42,430 nucleotides of DNA, from the NCBI GenBank assembly GCA_051746405.1, contig JBNJFB010000018.1, positions 1 to 42,430 of the forward strand, in the 5' to 3' direction. Positions 39,551 through 42,430 of this stretch are shown here, one piece after another. The translations under genes were made by a program, and so were the position numbers. The DNA comes from Campylobacterota bacterium. GTDB lineage: Bacteria; Campylobacterota; Campylobacteria; Campylobacterales; Arcobacteraceae. Under the pieces are notes generated by a model. It had not been told where the DNA came from, did no database searches, and saw nothing but the letters and a program-made list of their open reading frames with translations. The number at the start of each line of letters is the position of its first letter. Position 1 is the stretch's first letter.

Positions 39551-39616
39551 GACAAATATTTATTTATTAAATAAAAAAGTGTATAATATAACGGCATATT
39601 AAAAAAGGTACTAAAA

Positions 39617-41170
39617 ATGGATAAAAATAAAATAATAGTTTTCGATACGACATTAAGAGATGGTGAGCAAAGTCCTGGTTGTTCAATGAACACAGAGGAG
39701 AAAATAAAAGTTGCAAGACAGTTGGAAAAATTAGGTGTTGATGTAATTGAAGCAGGTTTTGCAGCAGCTAGTCCAGGAGATTTTGATGCTGTTTCAAGAA
39801 TTGCAGAGCAAGTTGAAAAATCATCAATATGCTCACTAAGTAGAGCAGTTGAAAATGATATTAAACAATCTGCATTGGCTGTTCAAAAAGCAAAAATGCA
39901 TAGAATTCACACCTTTATAGCAACTTCACCAATTCATATGAAATATAAATTAAAAATGAGTGAAGATGAAGTTATTAAAAGAGCTGTATACGCTGTTGAG
40001 TATGCAAGAACATTTGTAGATGATGTTGAGTTTTCACTTGAAGATGCAGGAAGAAGTGAAATATCTTTTATGAAAGAGGTTATGGATGCTGTAATTCAAG
40101 CAGGGGCAAGTACAATTAACTTACCTGATACTGTTGGGTATAGATTGCCAACAGAGTTAGGTGCAATGGTAAAAGAGTTAAGTGATTTTGCAGGTAGTAG
40201 AGCTATTGTATCAGTTCATAACCACAACGATTTAGGATTAGCCACTGCAAATACTTTAAGTGCAGTAAGTAATGGAGCTAGACAAATAGAAGTTACTATT
40301 AATGGTTTAGGTGAAAGAGCTGGTAACTCGGCTTTAGAAGAGTCTGTTATGGCTATAAAAACTAGAAAAGATGTATTTGGGGATTTATATACAGATATAA
40401 ATACAAGTGAAATATACTCAACATCAAGATTAGTAGCAACTATTACAGGAGTTGAACCACAACAAAATAAAGCAATTGTTGGTAAAAATGCATTTGCCCA
40501 TGAAAGTGGAATTCATCAAGATGGTGTTTTAAAGCATCATGAAACTTATGAGATTATGAGACCTGAAGATGTTGGTGTTATAAAAGACTCAACTTTGATT
40601 TTAGGAAAACACTCTGGAAAAGCTGCATTTAGAGATAAAATAAATCAGTTAGGTTTTGATAGTGTGTCTGATGAAGAGTTGAAATCTGCATTTAATAAGT
40701 TTAAAATTATTGCAGATAAGAAAAAAGATGTAACTGATGATGATATTAGAATGCTAATTACTGATGAGTCATTAAATAGTGATAGTATTTATGAGTTAGT
40801 TGGACTACAAATTAGTGATTGCTCAGAAGGTTTACCAACAGCTGCTGTATCTATTAAAAGAAATGAAGAGGTATTTAGTGATGCAAATATTGGTAATGGT
40901 ACAATGGATGCAATCTTTAAAACAATTGATAGATTAACAGGTTTAGATGGAAATCTACAAAGTTACAATGTGGTTTCAGTAACAGAGGGGAAAGATGCCT
41001 TAGGTAAAGTTACTACAAGAGTATCTTTTGATGAAAACTCACCATCATTTGTTGGTCATGGATTAAGCGTTGATACTATGCTTGCAACTGCAAAAGCCTA
41101 CTTAGGTTCAGTTAACTCATATCTTTCTCAAAAAGAGAGATTATCAAAAAAAACCGAACATCAAGTATAA
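39617..41170 (+). CDS. leuA: 2-isopropylmalate synthase
   Basis: [32 protein letters not shown]-terminal regulatory domain. Confidence 0.97.
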   Translation: MDKNKIIVFDTTLRDGEQSPGCSMNTEEKIKVARQLEKLGVDVIEAGFAAASPGDFDAVSRIAEQVEKSSICSLSRAVENDIKQSALAVQKAKMHRIHTFIATSPIHMKYKLKMSEDEVIKRAVYAVEYARTFVDDVEFSLEDAGRSEISFMKEVMDAVIQAGASTINLPDTVGYRLPTELGAMVKELSDFAGSRAIVSVHNHNDLGLATANTLSAVSNGARQIEVTINGLGERAGNSALEESVMAIKTRKDVFGDLYTDINTSEIYSTSRLVATITGVEPQQNKAIVGKNAFAHESGIHQDGVLKHHETYEIMRPEDVGVIKDSTLILGKHSGKAAFRDKINQLGFDSVSDEELKSAFNKFKIIADKKKDVTDDDIRMLITDESLNSDSIYELVGLQISDCSEGLPTAAVSIKRNEEVFSDANIGNGTMDAIFKTIDRLTGLDGNLQSYNVVSVTEGKDALGKVTTRVSFDENSPSFVGHGLSVDTMLATAKAYLGSVNSYLSQKERLSKKTEHQV

Positions 41171-41173
41171 ATA

Positions 41174-41200
41174 AAATAGAGTAGTTTAACTACTCTATTT
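41174..41200 (+). terminator. Intrinsic terminator after leuA
   Basis: AAATAGAGTAGT-TTA-ACTACTCTATTT, 12-bp perfect stem. Confidence 0.75.
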
Positions 41201-41229
41201 AAACTCTTTAGCTGTTTCAAAAAATAATT

Positions 41230-41238
41230 TGATATAAT
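41230..41238 (+). promoter_or_regulatory. Extended -10 promoter for the antiporter gene
   Basis: TGATATAAT (TGn-TATAAT) ~28 bp upstream of ATG 41266. Confidence 0.55.
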
Positions 41239-41265
41239 AATTTTATTTAATTATTAAGGAACCTA

Positions 41266-42430
41266 ATGCTAACTGTCATAGTAACTTCTCTTTTTTTAGC
41301 TCTGACAATAAATGTTTTTTTAAAGAAAATTAATCTTCCCACTATTATTGGTTATATTTTTACAGGTACTATAATAGCATATGGATTTAATCTTCATGAT
41401 GCTGTTAATAATCATACATTAAAAGAGATTGCTGAGTTTGGGGTAGTATTTTTAATGTTTACTATTGGATTAGAGTTCTCATTAAATCATCTAAAGAAGA
41501 TGAAAAATGAAGTTTTTGTTGCTGGAACTCTTCAAATATCTATTACAGCTATTATTGTTTTTCTAATAAGTTATTTCATATTTAATATTCCAAAAGATAT
41601 CTCTTTTATACTATCATTGGCAATTGCTCTATCCTCAACTGCAATTGTTTTAAAAACATTCAATGAAACAGGCGAAATAAATAGAAGATATGGACAAAGA
41701 AGCTTAGGTATCTTGATAATGCAAGATATTGCTGTAATTCCTATACTTTTAACAATAGGCTTTATGAGTAGTTCTACAAATGGTTCAGTAAGTGAATTAT
41801 TATTTGAAATGCTTTTACATGCTGTTGTTTTATTGGTATTAATGGTAGTTATTGGAAAGTATTTGCTTGAACCATTTTTTAAAGCAATAACAAAAACAAA
41901 CTCCGATGAACTTTTTGTAGGTACAATACTTTTTTTAGCAATAGGAGCTTCACTTTTAGCACATGAGTTAGGCTTTTCATACTCTTTAGGTGCATTTATA
42001 GCAGGGATGCTAATAGCTGAAACTAGATACAAACATCAAGCTGAGGCTGACTTGGTACCTTTTAGGGATTTATTATTAGGTATTTTCTTTGTAACAGTTG
42101 GTATGCAAATAAAATTCGATGTGATTTTTTCTTATATACATATAATTTTAGCTTTATTAGTAGCAATTATGATTTTAAAGTTTATAATTATTTATACTAT
42201 TATTAGAGTAAATGAGAATAAAAGAGTTAGTATAAAAACTGCACTTAGTTTAGTTCAAGTAGGTGAGTTTTCATTAGCACTATTAGAGTTAGCTAGAACA
42301 GGTGATCTTGTACCTTCTCCTTATGGTCAAATTATGATTATTACAATAGTTATATCTATGATAATTACTCCAATAATTTTAAAGAATTTAAGTGCAATTG
42401 CAGATAAATTAATAAAAGATGTTGAACCAA
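41266..42430 (+). CDS. CPA2-family cation:proton antiporter (KefB/KefC-like), runs off the window
   Basis: Not in the ORF track. AAGGA RBS; MLTVIVTSLF...PTIIGYI...IAEFGVVFLMFTIGLEFS...ALSSTAIV...QDIAVIP...LGAFIAG...PFRDLLLGIFFVTVG. Confidence 0.93.
   Translation, partial: MLTVIVTSLFLALTINVFLKKINLPTIIGYIFTGTIIAYGFNLHDAVNNHTLKEIAEFGVVFLMFTIGLEFSLNHLKKMKNEVFVAGTLQISITAIIVFLISYFIFNIPKDISFILSLAIALSSTAIVLKTFNETGEINRRYGQRSLGILIMQDIAVIPILLTIGFMSSSTNGSVSELLFEMLLHAVVLLVLMVVIGKYLLEPFFKAITKTNSDELFVGTILFLAIGASLLAHELGFSYSLGAFIAGMLIAETRYKHQAEADLVPFRDLLLGIFFVTVGMQIKFDVIFSYIHIILALLVAIMILKFIIIYTIIRVNENKRVSIKTALSLVQVGEFSLALLELARTGDLVPSPYGQIMIITIVISMIITPIILKNLSAIADKLIKDVEP

Noticed and set aside
39549..39587. 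TTGACA plus TATAAT promoter for leuA
   Set aside because: Spacer is 27 bp, too long; only the -10 hexamer is plausible.
39551..39616. Leucine attenuator or leader peptide before leuA
   Set aside because: No Leu-rich leader ORF or terminator/antiterminator pair seen in the short spacer.
41571..42032. 153-aa minus-strand ORF in the track
   Set aside because: Antisense shadow of the CPA2 antiporter gene on the plus strand, which the track missed because it lacks a stop in the window.

Overview
AT-rich chromosomal segment, most likely from a Campylobacterota bacterium of the Arcobacteraceae type. The assignment is inferred from gene order (panD-ybaB-ispA, accD-thiE-rlmH-dksA-hyp-dusB-prmA-ftsH), an ArsRS/CprRS-type two-component system and a TlpD-like chemoreceptor. 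Most of the window is housekeeping and signalling: a Cu-chaperone trio, Spy plus a two-component system, a CZB chemoreceptor with kinases, ubiE, xseA, groESL with a perfect CIRCE, glmS, metK, accD, ftsH and leuA. No rRNA, tRNA, CRISPR array, integrase or transposase was recognised. The most unusual part is the ~600 bp after groEL (23910-24500). It holds two GC-rich 55-nt tandem units with compensatory base-pair changes, a strong hairpin, a deleted PemK/MazF-like toxin relic whose stop codon sits in a double hairpin, and a tiny ORF. Other notable signals: a flavoprotein gene that appears to need an ATC start codon, a 4x13-bp tandem repeat over the metK start, a histidine kinase with a degenerate ATP-binding site, and an orphan ParA/StbB-like ATPase. 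All family assignments are from motif recognition by eye; no searches were run.
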